From Acidobacteriota bacterium (GTDB lineage Bacteria > Acidobacteriota > UBA6911 > RPQK01 > JAJDTT01), in the NCBI GenBank assembly GCA_965263035.1, contig OZ253580.1:4512001-4576000 (forward strand): a stretch of 64,000 bases of DNA, written 5' to 3'. This document shows, piece after piece, positions 20,059 to 30,953 of the stretch (the stretch's first letter is position 1; every line of letters starts with the position of its first letter). The position numbers and the translations under genes were made by a program. Under the pieces are notes generated by a model. It was not told the origin of the DNA. It saw only the letters and a list, made by a program, of their open reading frames with translations, and made no database searches.

Positions 20059-20913
20059 CTACTCCTGGTCCTGGATCAGGACGAAATGAACTCGCCGGTT
20101 CAAGGCCCAAGCCTCTTCCGTGTGGCCGGTGTCGAAAGGCCGCTCCTCCCCCAACGCAATGGTGGTCATGCGGTCGGGGTCGATTCCGGCGTCCACCAGA
20201 AACTGGCGCACGACCTGCGCCCTCTTGTCCGCAAGGGCCAGATTGTATTCGTCAGTGCCGCGTTCGTCGCAGTGTCCTTCCAGCACGAACCGGGCCTCAG
20301 CGTTTTCCGGCTCTGAAAACCAGCGGCCGTTCGCCTCCAGTGTGGCCAGATTCTGGGCGTCGAGCCCGTCGCTGTCGAAGCTGAAAAAGACGGGCTCGAC
20401 CTTGAGTGGGACCTCATCCTGGGGCGGCGGCAACAGATCCTGCTGGCCGATCAGTCCGTCCCCGTTGGCAGAAACCTGGATCGTCACCAATCGCTCCACC
20501 TTGCCTCCCGGTCCCATGGCGCTCACCCGATAGGAGGTCGTTTCTTCGGGAAAGAGCTTGATTCTTCCAGCGGGATCGACGACTCCAATGCCCTGATCGA
20601 TCCGCACTTCGTCAGCGTCGCGAGAGTCCCAGGACAAAAGGGCCGAGCCCCCCGTCTGGATCACGGACGGCTCGACGCGAATCTCCAAACTGGGCGCCGA
20701 AGCAACGGCCGGCTCGGCCGCGTCGGTCCCGGTCTTGGCAGTGCCGGAACCAGGGCCGGTGTCCCGGTCGGCGGCTCCGGGAGGAAGCGTCGGGACCCGG
20801 TTTCTGCCGCAGGAGGCTCCCGCCAGGACCAGAACTCCCCCGAGCAGGAACAGGAAACGGCGAGGGATGGTGATGAGGTCCCTTTCAGCGAATGGGGGCA
20901 TACTCAGGCCCAA
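20059..20913 (-). CDS. Pal/OmpA-family peptidoglycan-associated lipoprotein with extra Ig-like domain
   Basis: Lipobox-like AGASC, VFFSFDS, LEGHCDERGTDEYNLALADKRA, NRRVHF. Confidence 0.88.
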   Translation of the reverse strand: MGLSMPPFAERDLITIPRRFLFLLGGVLVLAGASCGRNRVPTLPPGAADRDTGPGSGTAKTGTDAAEPAVASAPSLEIRVEPSVIQTGGSALLSWDSRDADEVRIDQGIGVVDPAGRIKLFPEETTSYRVSAMGPGGKVERLVTIQVSANGDGLIGQQDLLPPPQDEVPLKVEPVFFSFDSDGLDAQNLATLEANGRWFSEPENAEARFVLEGHCDERGTDEYNLALADKRAQVVRQFLVDAGIDPDRMTTIALGEERPFDTGHTEEAWALNRRVHFVLIQDQE

Positions 20914-22195
20914 CGAAAATTGTCGTGAAGTTTACCGTATCCAAATGAAGGCGGGCAACTCGCCTCACCTCCTCCGTGTCGACTGCGCGGATCCATTCCG
21001 GATACAAGCGGACGAAGTCCCCATCCAGGTCGAAGAGTTCCGTCGTAAGCAGAAATCGGGCCACGTGGAGGTTGGACTGGAAATCGAAAACGAAGCTGCC
21101 GGTCAGGTATTCCTGTGCCAACGCCAGTTCCTCCTCCGTGGGTCCACCCGCGATGAAACTCTCGATCTCCCCCCTAAGCCCACTCACGGCGGCCTGACGA
21201 TTCGACGGCGAGGTGCAGATGTAAGCGAGAAACCGTCCGGGATGCCGGCCGGCCGATCCCGTGAGGTCGCTGTAGGTGGTGTAGGCAAGGCCCCGGCGGT
21301 CTCTGAGCTCCCGGGGAATCCGGCTGGTGAACCCCGGCCCGCTGCCCAGGACGGCGTCCATCACCTGGAGCGCGTAGAAATCAGGGTGGTCCCGGGCCAC
21401 GCCCAGATGTCCCAGGCAGATGTGGACCTGCTCCCGGCCCTCCAGCACCCGTTGCCGAACCCGAGGTGCCCGCTGCCGCCGGGGCAACGGCAGTTGGCTC
21501 CTTCGGTACTCTCCGTTGCGCCAGGATCCCAGGCAACTGTCGACCAGGTCCGCGACCTGGTCGCTACCGGCGTTGCCGACTACGACCAGAATCGTGTTGC
21601 TTGGAGAGTACCGTAGGCGGTGAAATCCCCGAATGTCCTCGATTTGAAGCCGCCGTACCGACGCCGGGGTGCCCAGGGTAGGGAACTGCAGCGGACCGCC
21701 CTGGTAGATCTCCCGGTTCAGCAGGTTGCTTACCACCACCTGCGGATCGTCCTCCAGTGCCTCCAACTGGGTCAGAGCCTTCTCCCGCTCCAGACCGAGT
21801 CGTTCCCTCGGGAAGGTGGGACGGGATAGCATCTGGGCCAGAAGATCGAGTCCTTCCGGCAGATCCCGGTCCCTGAGATGGAGCGAGATCCCGGTCAGTT
21901 CATGTTGGCAGAAGGTTGAGAGGTTGCCGCCCGCGTCCTCCACCAGACGGGAGATGTCATCGGCCCGGTATTTGGCGGTTCCCTCCTCCAGCATCCGTGA
22001 AGCAAGAGCCGCCAGTCCCGGCTTCCGAAGCGGGTTCTGGTCGGTGCCGGCAAGAACGAAGGCGTTGACCGAGACCACGGGAAGACGGTCGTTCCGGCAG
22101 CTGAGGAGCACCAGTCCGTTTTCCCAGACCCGTCGTTCGAACCCGTCCAAGAGCATCCCGAAACCTCCCGGCTGCCGGCGCCGCGCGGTGCGCAT
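20885..22195 (-). CDS. M16 family peptidase, non-catalytic subunit
   Basis: NGL.L, PGLA.L..MLEEGT, LGSG..FTSRI..ELRDRRGLAY; no HxxEH. Confidence 0.85.
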   Translation of the reverse strand: MRTARRRQPGGFGMLLDGFERRVWENGLVLLSCRNDRLPVVSVNAFVLAGTDQNPLRKPGLAALASRMLEEGTAKYRADDISRLVEDAGGNLSTFCQHELTGISLHLRDRDLPEGLDLLAQMLSRPTFPRERLGLEREKALTQLEALEDDPQVVVSNLLNREIYQGGPLQFPTLGTPASVRRLQIEDIRGFHRLRYSPSNTILVVVGNAGSDQVADLVDSCLGSWRNGEYRRSQLPLPRRQRAPRVRQRVLEGREQVHICLGHLGVARDHPDFYALQVMDAVLGSGPGFTSRIPRELRDRRGLAYTTYSDLTGSAGRHPGRFLAYICTSPSNRQAAVSGLRGEIESFIAGGPTEEELALAQEYLTGSFVFDFQSNLHVARFLLTTELFDLDGDFVRLYPEWIRAVDTEEVRRVARLHLDTVNFTTIFVGPEYAPIR

Positions 22196-22208
22196 CGGCG
22201 TCAGCGGA

Positions 22209-23471
22209 CTATCCTATCTCCACGACGCCGACCGTCCAGCGGCGCCCGGTCCAGTGTCTGGCCGCGGCCGCCATGACCTCCTCGGCGGTCAGTCTGGAGA
22301 TTCGTGCCGCGTAGTCGTCCCAGTAGCCGGGACGCTGCAGGGCTTCCATCGAGGCCAGTTGCATGCACTGGTCGAATGTCGTCTCCAGTTCGAAGAGAAA
22401 CTGGGTGATGCATTGGTTCTTGGCCCGGGTCAGCTCCTTCCGGGTCAGGGGGCTGGTGCACAACTGCATGAGTTCGTGGAAGAGGAGTTCCTCCGTCTGT
22501 TGCAGATCGGCATCCTCGCGCAGCTCCAGGCGGATCAGCAGGAGGTAGGGGTCAAACGTGTCGCCCAGTTCGGTATGGACCAGGGAAGCCAGCTGTGTCT
22601 CTTCGACGAACTTCCTGTAGAGACGCGAAAGTCGACCCTCGGAGAGCACCCGGTCCAGGATCTGAAAGGCGTCGTGATCACTCTGATGAATGGAGGGGGC
22701 GGGCAGGGCCACCAACATTCTGGGCACGCGGCTCCGCCGCCGAACCTTGATTTTGACCCGGCCGCTTTCCGCCGCCTCCTGGGGTGAAGGGAGCGGCGGC
22801 GGAAAACCGGAGGCCGTTTGCCGGAAGAGCTGCTCCACGGTCCGGAGAGTGAACTCGGGGTCCGTGTTGCCGGCGATGGCCAGCACGGCGTTCTCGGGGA
22901 CGTAGTACCTGCGGTAGTGTTCCACCATCTGTTCCACGGTCAGCGCCTGGATGTCCCGGCCCAATCCGATTATGGGGTAGCGGTAGGGGTGTCTCTCGAA
23001 GGCCTTCAATTCGACCGATCGGCGAAGCGCTCCCCAGGGATGATCCTGTTCCATTCTGGATTCCTCGAGGATCACCTGCCGCTCCAGCTCGAACTGCTGG
23101 GGGTCGAAACGATTGTCTGACATCCGGTCAGCCTCGATTTCCAAGGCGCAGACCCATCGGTCGGAGGCGAAGCTGAAGAAGTAGGCGGTATAGTCCTGCG
23201 TGGTGAAGGCGTTGTTGGAGCCCCCATGGAGTGCCGTGATCCGATCGATCTCCCCGGGTCCGAAACGTCCGGTGCCCTTGAACATCATGTGTTCCAGGAA
23301 ATGGGAAATCCCGGTCCGGCCCGGAGTCTCCACTCTGGAACCCACCCGATAGCAGGTCATCGTGGTGACGACGGGGCTGGTGTGATCCGGCTGTACCAGC
23401 AGGGTCAGTCCGTTGTCGAGACGGTGCCGATGGACTGGAGGAACCCGGATGTCGGCCGTGCCTCCCTTCAA
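22209..23471 (-). CDS. M16 family zinc peptidase, catalytic subunit
   Basis: GISHFLEHMMFKGT (HxxEH), NAFT..DYT.Y, ERQVILEE, HPY..PIIG; start at 23471 (TTG) is approximate. Confidence 0.88.
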   Translation of the reverse strand: MKGGTADIRVPPVHRHRLDNGLTLLVQPDHTSPVVTTMTCYRVGSRVETPGRTGISHFLEHMMFKGTGRFGPGEIDRITALHGGSNNAFTTQDYTAYFFSFASDRWVCALEIEADRMSDNRFDPQQFELERQVILEESRMEQDHPWGALRRSVELKAFERHPYRYPIIGLGRDIQALTVEQMVEHYRRYYVPENAVLAIAGNTDPEFTLRTVEQLFRQTASGFPPPLPSPQEAAESGRVKIKVRRRSRVPRMLVALPAPSIHQSDHDAFQILDRVLSEGRLSRLYRKFVEETQLASLVHTELGDTFDPYLLLIRLELREDADLQQTEELLFHELMQLCTSPLTRKELTRAKNQCITQFLFELETTFDQCMQLASMEALQRPGYWDDYAARISRLTAEEVMAAAARHWTGRRWTVGVVEIG

Positions 23472-23570
23472 GCTCGGTTGCCTCCGGGGAAGTCCGATCT
23501 TTCGGGAACCGGCAATCCCGCCATCTCTTTCGCGCTGGGCTCGCGGGACACTGATACAATGGTCCGATCC

Positions 23571-24986
23571 ATGAGAGATCCGATCCAGCACTCCGGCTGC
23601 CGCCCTGGTTTGGGGATCCGCCTGCTTCCGATCCTGGCAAGTATCATCGCCCTGATTATAGCGCCGGTTCCCGGTGCGCCGACGGTGAAACTGGCAAAGC
23701 TGACCATTCCTTCGTTCGAGCGGAAGTCCCTCCTGAACGGAATGGAGGTGTTGATGCTCCCGCCGGGTCCGTCACGCCGGTCGTTCCGACTCATGATCGA
23801 GAACGGGGCCGCTTTCGATCCCTTTGACAAATGGGGCATCACCCACCTCACCACTCGGATGTTGCTGGAAGAGACGGAGCTTCGATCCGGGGCCCTGATT
23901 CGACGGCAGCTCGAAAGCCTCAACAGCGAGTTGGAGCTTCAGGTCGATTGGGATGCCATCTACCTCTACGGGAGCGCTCCGGAAGAGAATCTCGCGGCGG
24001 CCCTGGGCCTTCTGGGGGAGATCGTGGTGCGCCCCTATTTTCGGGAGGAAACCTTCCAGCGGCTACGGAAGCAGCAACTGGACGAAGTCGTGAACCAGTT
24101 GAAGAGGCCGGAAGTGGTCACCCAGCAAGCGTTTCTCGCCCATCTGTTCGGACCGAATCCTTACGGGCACGGCGTTCTGGGGACGGTGGAGACGCTGCAG
24201 AACCTGGAGCTGAGAGACGTCAAGATCCAATATCGGAAGCTCTTTCTTCCCAACCAGGCCAGGCTCGCCCTGCATACGTCTGCCGAGCCGCAGGCCATGT
24301 TCCGTGAACTGAGTCGCCGCTGGGGCGTCTGGATCAGGGCCGAAGCGGCCCCGTTCACCTTTCGCCGGGCCCCGGTCCTGGAAGGTTGGCGGATCCTGTT
24401 GCAGGACCTGCCCGGGGACGAGGCCCTCTTTCGCTGGGGCAGGCTGGGCGTCGAGATGGGCAGCAGAGATTACTATGCCCTCAAGATGTTGGAGGAGTAT
24501 CTGACCCTCTCCTTGCCGGGATTGGCCCGAGTGGTCGAGGCCGAGCAGCAGATCCAGGCATCTTCCCGGGTGAGAGCCTATCGAATGCCGGGATACCTCC
24601 AGTTGAGCCTCAGAACCTCCTCGAACCGTCTGATGCCCTACCTGAAGGAGTTTCTTCAGACCATGAGTGGACTTCGGGAGGGCCAGGTGGACCCGTCTCT
24701 GATGGAGGAAGCCAGGAGCCTGGCCTATCTCGAATTCCGCAATCGGTTGGAAGATCCGGTTGCGCGCCTGACTCGTCTTCTGGACACCAGCCTCTACGAT
24801 CTGGGTGTCACCTACATCGCGAACTATGGTCTCCGCCTGCGGCGGGTCACATCTGAGGACTTTCGAAAGCTCCTGATGGAGTACCTCTCACAGGACTCTT
24901 CACTGCTCGTGGTCGGTGGTCCCGCCGCCGAACTCAAGCCCGAACTTGAGGAATTGGGGCCGGTTCAAATCTCGACCCTCCGTTGA
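23571..24986 (+). CDS. Secreted M16 family peptidase-like protein, no HxxEH
   Basis: Signal-like segment, LNGMEV, GITHLT..ML, NPYGHGVLGT; start at ATG 23571 approximate. Confidence 0.75.
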   Translation: MRDPIQHSGCRPGLGIRLLPILASIIALIIAPVPGAPTVKLAKLTIPSFERKSLLNGMEVLMLPPGPSRRSFRLMIENGAAFDPFDKWGITHLTTRMLLEETELRSGALIRRQLESLNSELELQVDWDAIYLYGSAPEENLAAALGLLGEIVVRPYFREETFQRLRKQQLDEVVNQLKRPEVVTQQAFLAHLFGPNPYGHGVLGTVETLQNLELRDVKIQYRKLFLPNQARLALHTSAEPQAMFRELSRRWGVWIRAEAAPFTFRRAPVLEGWRILLQDLPGDEALFRWGRLGVEMGSRDYYALKMLEEYLTLSLPGLARVVEAEQQIQASSRVRAYRMPGYLQLSLRTSSNRLMPYLKEFLQTMSGLREGQVDPSLMEEARSLAYLEFRNRLEDPVARLTRLLDTSLYDLGVTYIANYGLRLRRVTSEDFRKLLMEYLSQDSSLLVVGGPAAELKPELEELGPVQISTLR

Positions 24987-25108
24987 ACTGTATCCGGGGC
25001 TCGGCTATATTCTAGAGGACTGTGGCGAGTTTTGTCCGGGGCTCGGAGGGGGTCGATTCACCTCATTCGGTGGGCTGGCACCCGCAAAGATCGCTTCGGG
25101 ATGCAAGA

Positions 25109-25582
25109 ATGGCGGAAGTGGCCGAAAGGGTGGAGTTCCTGCTGCGGGGGGCCGTAGAGGAACAGGGGATGGAATTGGTTCACGTCCAGTACCTTGCCCG
25201 ACACCGGAGTCCGTTGTTGAGAGTTTATATCGACAAGCCCGGAGGCATTACGTTGGAGGACTGTCAGACCGTCAGCCGGCAGGCCAGTGTTCTCTTGGAC
25301 GTGGAGGATCTGATCTCCGACCGGTACGTGTTGGAAGTGTCTTCTCCGGGCCTGGACCGCCCTCTCTTCCGCGTGGAGGACTACTTGCGATTCTCGGGTC
25401 GGGAGGTTCGTCTCTTCACACGGGAGAAGATCGGCAGTCGCCGCAGGTTCACGGGTCGTATCCAGGACCTTCGTGACGGCGTCGTGCAGTTGAGCTGCGA
25501 AGACAAGACTTACCGGATCCCCTTCGGGTTGATAACCAAGGCCAACCTGGTCTGCCAGTTTGCCGACTTGTTCAGGAAGTAG
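25109..25582 (+). CDS. rimP: Ribosome maturation factor RimP
   Basis: LRVYIDKPGGITLEDC..VSR, Y.LEVSSPGLDRPL. Confidence 0.95.
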   Translation: MAEVAERVEFLLRGAVEEQGMELVHVQYLARHRSPLLRVYIDKPGGITLEDCQTVSRQASVLLDVEDLISDRYVLEVSSPGLDRPLFRVEDYLRFSGREVRLFTREKIGSRRRFTGRIQDLRDGVVQLSCEDKTYRIPFGLITKANLVCQFADLFRK

Positions 25583-25624
25583 AATCGGCCGCAACGGGCG
25601 GCAACAGTGAGGATATAGCGAAGC

Positions 25625-26953
25625 ATGTCGAATGCCCTCAGTCAGAGCATCGAGCAGCTCAGTCGGGAAAAAGGTGTCGAATCCAAGGTCATTTACGAAG
25701 CCCTTGAGGACGCCATGGCGGCCGCCGCCAGGAAGCATTTCAGGACTGAGGAGGATCTGCAGGCGCGATACGATCCGTTGACCGGCACCATCGAAGTGTT
25801 TGCCGTCAAGCGCATCGTGGAGGAAGTCGAGGAAGAAGAGACGGAGATGGCTCTGTCCGAGGCCATGCAGTACGATGACACCTTCGAAGTGGGGGACTAC
25901 CTGGAGATCCCCAAACCTCCTCTGGAGCTGGGGCGAATCGCCGCCCAGACGGCCAAGCAGGTCATTCTCCAGAAAGTTCGGGAAGCTGAACGGGAAAACG
26001 TCTTCGAGGAGTACTCGGGCCAGATCGGACAGGTGGTCCACGGAATCGTGCGGCGGTTCGAGGGGGGCAACCTCGTGCTGGACATCGGCCGGAGCGAGGC
26101 CGTGCTCCCCTACAGCGAGCAGGCCCGCACCGAAGAATACCGGATGGGGGATCGGGTGCGAGCGGTCATCATCAAGGTGCATCGTCTTTCCAAGGGCCCC
26201 CAGATCGTGGTCTCGCGGGCCGACCCCAGCCTCCTGATCCGTTTGTTCGAGGCCGAGATTCCCGAAGTCTACGACCACACGGTCACCATCAAGAATGCGG
26301 TTCGGGAAGCGGGTGAACGGGCCAAGGTGGCGGTGTCAAGCAGGGACGACAACGTGGACCCGGTCGGTGCCTGCGTCGGGATGAGGGGCAGTCGGATCAA
26401 CGCGGTGATCCGGGAGTTGCGGGGAGAGAAGATCGACATCATCAAATACTCGGACGACATCGTCGAGTACACCACCAACGCCTTGAATCCCGCGCGGATT
26501 GCCAAGGTGCTGATCCAGGACCCGCTGGACAAGGTTCTGGAGGTCATCGTCCCGGAGGATCAACTGTCTCTGGCCATCGGCCGGAAGGGACAGAACGTTC
26601 GTTTGGGATCCAAGCTGCTGGGTTGGGAAATCAACATCAAGAGCGAGGAGGACAAGAAACGAGAGATCCTGGCTCAGATGGAACAGTTGGCCGCACAGGC
26701 TGTACAGGCCCCACGGCCGGACCTGGAGGAGTTGGAGGGTCTGGGTGAAAAGACTCGAATACGTCTCGAGGAAGCGGGTGTACAAACCATTGAAGAACTT
26801 TCGAACCGATCGGTTGAGGACTTGTCAAACATTTCCATGATCGGCGAAAAGTCAGCTCTGAAGATCCTTGCCCTGGCTGAGGCATGGGTCCACAACCGGG
26901 CCGAGGGCGCGGCTGCGGGAACTGCCGGGGAAGCCGAGGCCGAGTTGGTCTGA
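25625..26953 (+). CDS. nusA: Transcription termination/antitermination factor NusA
   Basis: GRIAAQTAKQVI.QK.REAER, DPVGACVG.RGSR, LSLAIGRKGQNVRL. Confidence 0.97.
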   Translation: MSNALSQSIEQLSREKGVESKVIYEALEDAMAAAARKHFRTEEDLQARYDPLTGTIEVFAVKRIVEEVEEEETEMALSEAMQYDDTFEVGDYLEIPKPPLELGRIAAQTAKQVILQKVREAERENVFEEYSGQIGQVVHGIVRRFEGGNLVLDIGRSEAVLPYSEQARTEEYRMGDRVRAVIIKVHRLSKGPQIVVSRADPSLLIRLFEAEIPEVYDHTVTIKNAVREAGERAKVAVSSRDDNVDPVGACVGMRGSRINAVIRELRGEKIDIIKYSDDIVEYTTNALNPARIAKVLIQDPLDKVLEVIVPEDQLSLAIGRKGQNVRLGSKLLGWEINIKSEEDKKREILAQMEQLAAQAVQAPRPDLEELEGLGEKTRIRLEEAGVQTIEELSNRSVEDLSNISMIGEKSALKILALAEAWVHNRAEGAAAGTAGEAEAELV

Positions 26954-27039
26954 ACCACAGTTATGATGTTCGTGAAAACCATTGTGGACTGGCGGGGTCT
27001 GGAGCGGCGCACGGAAGCGTAGGAAGCATCAAGACAGTT

Positions 27040-29505
27040 ATGGAACAGGTGAGAGTCAACGAACTGGCTTCGGAATTCGAGATGCAGAGTACTGCGGTCA
27101 TCTCGGAGCTCAAGAAGATCGGGGTCTGGGTGCCTTCACCCGAAACTCCGGTGGACTTTGACATCGCCAATCGTATTCGCCGGCGGTTGCAGCTCGTCAT
27201 CGATACGGAAGAGGAGGAGCAGGCCCGGGCCGTAAAGGCGAAGGTAAAGAAGCGGCCGTCCGCCAAGCCTCGCAAGACCATCAAACAGTTGGGCCAGCCC
27301 AGGAAAGCCGCGTCGCCTTCGGCGGACGCGATCGACAGCCCGTTCCTCATGGGATCGCTGAAGCCCAGAAAAGGGACGGGGAACTATCGAAGGATCGTGA
27401 CCGAGCCGCTGGAGGCGGTCCTGGAGAAGACGGAAGTCACCATCGAAGACGAGCCGATCATCGAAAGGGTCGAAGCCCAGATTTCGGCGGAGCTTCTGGA
27501 ACAGGCGCAACGAATGGTCCTTTCCAGGCCAGCGCCCCTCGCTTCCACGAGCCTTCCTCTGATGCCGCCGGGTACGGTTGGACCGGTGGCTCCGCCGCCG
27601 GCCTCGGCACCTCCGGCGACCGAGGCCCCTGCTCCTGAGTTGCCGGATGAGGTAGTCGAGGTCACGGCCGCCTCCGAAGTGGAGACCCCCGCCGTCGAAG
27701 CGCCTGAGGTGGAACCCCAGCCCGCCGAGGCTGTCAAAGGGCCCGAAGGTCCCGCCGTGATCACGGTCAGCGATTCGGTGACCGTGAGAGATTTGAGCGA
27801 GAAGCTGGGTGTCAAGAGCAAGGTGCTCATCAAAGAGCTCTTCACTCGGGGTGTGATGGCCACCATCAATCGGAGTCTGGACCGCGACACGATTCAGCAG
27901 TTGTGCGACATTTTCGACGCTCAGGTCGATTTCGTTTCCGAGCAGGAGGCCCTGGTCCAAGAGGAGCACGTCGTCGAACGTCCTGAGGACGTTCAGGTGC
28001 GGGCTCCGGTTGTCACCGTCATGGGGCATGTCGACCACGGAAAGACCTCGCTCTTGGACGCCATCCGAGAATCGCGTGTGGCGGCTTCGGAAGCCGGGGG
28101 GATCACGCAGCATATCGGGGCTTACCACGTCTCCGTGGACGGCAACAAGATCGTCTTTCTGGACACGCCGGGCCACGAAGCCTTCACTCTCATGCGGGCT
28201 CGCGGCGCCCAGGTGACCGACATCGTGGTTCTGGTCGTCGCAGCGGACGACGGCGTCATGCCGCAGACTCTCGAGGCCATGGACCACGCCAAAGCCGCCG
28301 GTGTTCCCATCGTCGTGGCCGTCAACAAAATGGATCGGCCGGACGCCAGGCCGGACCGGGTCAAGCAGCAGTTGGCGGACCGAGGGCTCACGCCAGAGGA
28401 CTGGGGCGGGGACACGGTCATGGTCGAGGTTTCAGCTCTGGCTCAAACCAACCTGGACCTGTTGCTGGAGATGGTCCTGCTGGTGGCGGATCTCACGGAG
28501 AGAACGGCCAATCCCCAGAGACCGGCGTTGGCGGTGGTGCTGGAAGCTCAGCTGGACCGGGGCCGCGGTCCGGTGGCGACCGCTCTGGTACAGGATGGGA
28601 CGTTGCGGGTGGGGGACTCCTTCGTTGCGGGCACGGCCTATGGCAAGGTCCGCGCCATGTTCGACGACCGGGGAAGGCCGGTCGTGGATGCCGGGCCCAG
28701 CTCCGCCGTCGAGGTTCTGGGGCTGCAGGATCTGCCCCAGGCGGGAGACTCCTTCCAGGTGTTGGCGGATGCCGCCAAGGCGCGGGAAATCGCGGAGTTG
28801 CGGCGCCAGGAGCAGCGCCAACTGGATCTGGCCAGATCGGGTCCCATGGGCCTGGACAAGCTCTTCGCTCATATGGCAACTAAGGAGGTCAAGGAACTCA
28901 ACTTGGTGGTCAAGGCCGACGGGCGGGGATCGGTCGAAGTCCTGGAAGGATCGCTTCGGAAACTGAGTGGAGAGAAGGTCCATATCAAGATCGTCCACAG
29001 CGGAGTCGGGGCCATTTCCGAATCGGACGTCTTGCTTGCCGCCGCCTCCCGGGCTCTGGTGGTGGGCTTCAACGTCCGCCCCGAGCGCAACGCTCAGAGG
29101 ACCGCCGATCGAGAGCAAGTCGAGCTTCGCATGTACACGGTCATCTACGAGCTGATCGAAGAAATCCAGCAGGCCATGCTGGGTCTTCTGGACCCCACCA
29201 TTCGTGAGCGGTTGGTGGGCCGGGCGGAAGTGCGCGACACCTTTCGTGTGGCCAAGTTCGGAACCATCGCCGGTTGCTTTATTCTGGAAGGGTCGGTCGC
29301 CCGCAACTCCCAGATTCGGCTGGTTCGAGACGGCACCGTCATTCACCAAGGCCGGACTGCCTCATTGCGGCGTTTTCGGGACGACGTCAACGAGGTCAGG
29401 AGCGGGTACGAGTGCGGTATCTCCATCGCCAACTTCCAGGACATCAAGGCCGGAGATGTGATCGAAGCTTTCGTGAAGGAAATGGTGGAACCCCAACTCG
29501 TTTAG
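27040..29505 (+). CDS. infB: Translation initiation factor IF-2
   Basis: [35 protein letters not shown]; start [10 protein letters not shown] at 27040. Confidence 0.97.
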   Translation: MEQVRVNELASEFEMQSTAVISELKKIGVWVPSPETPVDFDIANRIRRRLQLVIDTEEEEQARAVKAKVKKRPSAKPRKTIKQLGQPRKAASPSADAIDSPFLMGSLKPRKGTGNYRRIVTEPLEAVLEKTEVTIEDEPIIERVEAQISAELLEQAQRMVLSRPAPLASTSLPLMPPGTVGPVAPPPASAPPATEAPAPELPDEVVEVTAASEVETPAVEAPEVEPQPAEAVKGPEGPAVITVSDSVTVRDLSEKLGVKSKVLIKELFTRGVMATINRSLDRDTIQQLCDIFDAQVDFVSEQEALVQEEHVVERPEDVQVRAPVVTVMGHVDHGKTSLLDAIRESRVAASEAGGITQHIGAYHVSVDGNKIVFLDTPGHEAFTLMRARGAQVTDIVVLVVAADDGVMPQTLEAMDHAKAAGVPIVVAVNKMDRPDARPDRVKQQLADRGLTPEDWGGDTVMVEVSALAQTNLDLLLEMVLLVADLTERTANPQRPALAVVLEAQLDRGRGPVATALVQDGTLRVGDSFVAGTAYGKVRAMFDDRGRPVVDAGPSSAVEVLGLQDLPQAGDSFQVLADAAKAREIAELRRQEQRQLDLARSGPMGLDKLFAHMATKEVKELNLVVKADGRGSVEVLEGSLRKLSGEKVHIKIVHSGVGAISESDVLLAAASRALVVGFNVRPERNAQRTADREQVELRMYTVIYELIEEIQQAMLGLLDPTIRERLVGRAEVRDTFRVAKFGTIAGCFILEGSVARNSQIRLVRDGTVIHQGRTASLRRFRDDVNEVRSGYECGISIANFQDIKAGDVIEAFVKEMVEPQLV

Positions 29506-29548
29506 CCCGGTTCCTCCATGGACTTCCCATTTCAACGTACGTCCATCG

Positions 29549-29839
29549 ATGCCCATCGTCTTCTGTTCGCTTGAGATTTACCTCCCCTATTGCCGATCCC
29601 TCAAGGAAAAGCGGCGCGTGGTCCGGAAGACGGCGGACCGCCTGCGTTCCCGTCTCAACTTCTCCGTGGCCGAGATCGACTATCAGGATCTGCACCGGAG
29701 AGCCCGGCTTGGCGCGGTCTCGGTGGGACCCGACCGGGTGACTCTGGAACGGGTCTCCAATCGGCTCATCCGGGAAAGCGAAAAGATTCTGGGAGGAGAT
29801 CTGGTGGACTACCGCATCGACATCTTCGATCATGACTGA
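29549..29839 (+). CDS. DUF503 / YlxP family protein
   Basis: SLKEKRRVV..LR.R.N.SVAEID.QD..RA.LG; position after infB. Confidence 0.9.
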   Translation: MPIVFCSLEIYLPYCRSLKEKRRVVRKTADRLRSRLNFSVAEIDYQDLHRRARLGAVSVGPDRVTLERVSNRLIRESEKILGGDLVDYRIDIFDHD

Positions 29840-29842
29840 GTA

Positions 29843-29986
29843 TCAGGTGTTCGCCGCGTGACGCATTCCGGCGGCCGCGGCCGTTCCTCGGTCACACACT
29901 ACGCGTATGCTCTCCCCGCACTCCTGATGCGTTCACCGAACCCACGGCTTCGGTGCGTCGCAACGCAGGCACGGCGCCATGCTTGA
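29843..29986 (+). repeat. Divergent relative of MITE family A in the usual rbfA position
   Basis: Core ctcggtcacacactacgcgtatgct resembles ctcggtcacatactcccggtatgct; starts TA-tcag; imperfect terminal complementarity. Confidence 0.55.
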
Positions 29987-30953
29987 CGAAATCGTCCGCT
30001 TCACCCGGGATCGCCATCGCTTCGCCGTCACCTCTCACGCTCGCCCGGACGGGGATTCCATCGGGTCAGAGCTGGGATTGGGACTGGCCCTGGAGGCACT
30101 TGGAAAGACGGTCACCATCGTCAACGCGGACCGGGTGCCACGGATCTACCGTTGGCTGCCGGGCGCCGATAGAGTTCGGATCGTCGACCGGTTGGAAGGG
30201 AGTTGGGACGCCGTCTACGTCCTGGAGTGCAACGACCTGAACCGTCCCGGGGTCCGGAACCTGGATCGCTATCCGGTGGTCAACATCGATCACCACGCCC
30301 GCACCGAACCTTTCGGGACCTTCAACTGGGTGGACTCGGGAGCCGCCGCCGTCGCCGAAATGGTCTACCGGCTCCTGCTGGAACTGGAGGTTCCCGTCAC
30401 GCCTGAAATCGCCACCAATCTCTATGTGGCGATCATGACCGATACCGGTTCTTTTCGTTTTTCCAGCACCCACGCCGGGACCTTCCACACGGCTGCCCGA
30501 TTGACAGAAGCGGGGGCGGACCCGGGCTGGATCGCCCAGCAGGTCTACATGAACCAGCCGCGATCCCGAGTGGGTCTGCTGGTCAAAGTCCTGGACACTT
30601 TGGAGATCCATCCCTCCGGAAGGATCGCCTCGATCTACCTGTCGCAATCCATGTTGAGCGAAGCTGGAGCCACCGCAGCGGATGCGGAGGGTCTCGTGAA
30701 CTTTGCCCTGGGTCTTGAAGGCATCCAGATGGCGGCGTTGGTCCGTCAGGACAAGCACGGTCAGGTTCGGGTGAGTCTGCGTTCCAAGGGAGACTACGAC
30801 GTGGGGCTCGTGGCGTCCGGTCTGGGCGGTGGAGGGCACCGAAACGCGGCCGGCTTGAGAATGAAAGGGGACTCCGGCCGTGTGTCCGCAGAAGTCCTGG
30901 ACTGTCTGGAGCAGCTGCTGGACGCGGTTGACCAAGGATCGCCGGCATCTTGA
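29979..30953 (+). CDS. nrnA: DHH/DHHA1 oligoribonuclease/PAP phosphatase NrnA
   Basis: H.RPDGD..GS, NIDHH, TDTGSF, GGGGH.NAAG. Confidence 0.92.
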   Translation: MLDEIVRFTRDRHRFAVTSHARPDGDSIGSELGLGLALEALGKTVTIVNADRVPRIYRWLPGADRVRIVDRLEGSWDAVYVLECNDLNRPGVRNLDRYPVVNIDHHARTEPFGTFNWVDSGAAAVAEMVYRLLLELEVPVTPEIATNLYVAIMTDTGSFRFSSTHAGTFHTAARLTEAGADPGWIAQQVYMNQPRSRVGLLVKVLDTLEIHPSGRIASIYLSQSMLSEAGATAADAEGLVNFALGLEGIQMAALVRQDKHGQVRVSLRSKGDYDVGLVASGLGGGGHRNAAGLRMKGDSGRVSAEVLDCLEQLLDAVDQGSPAS

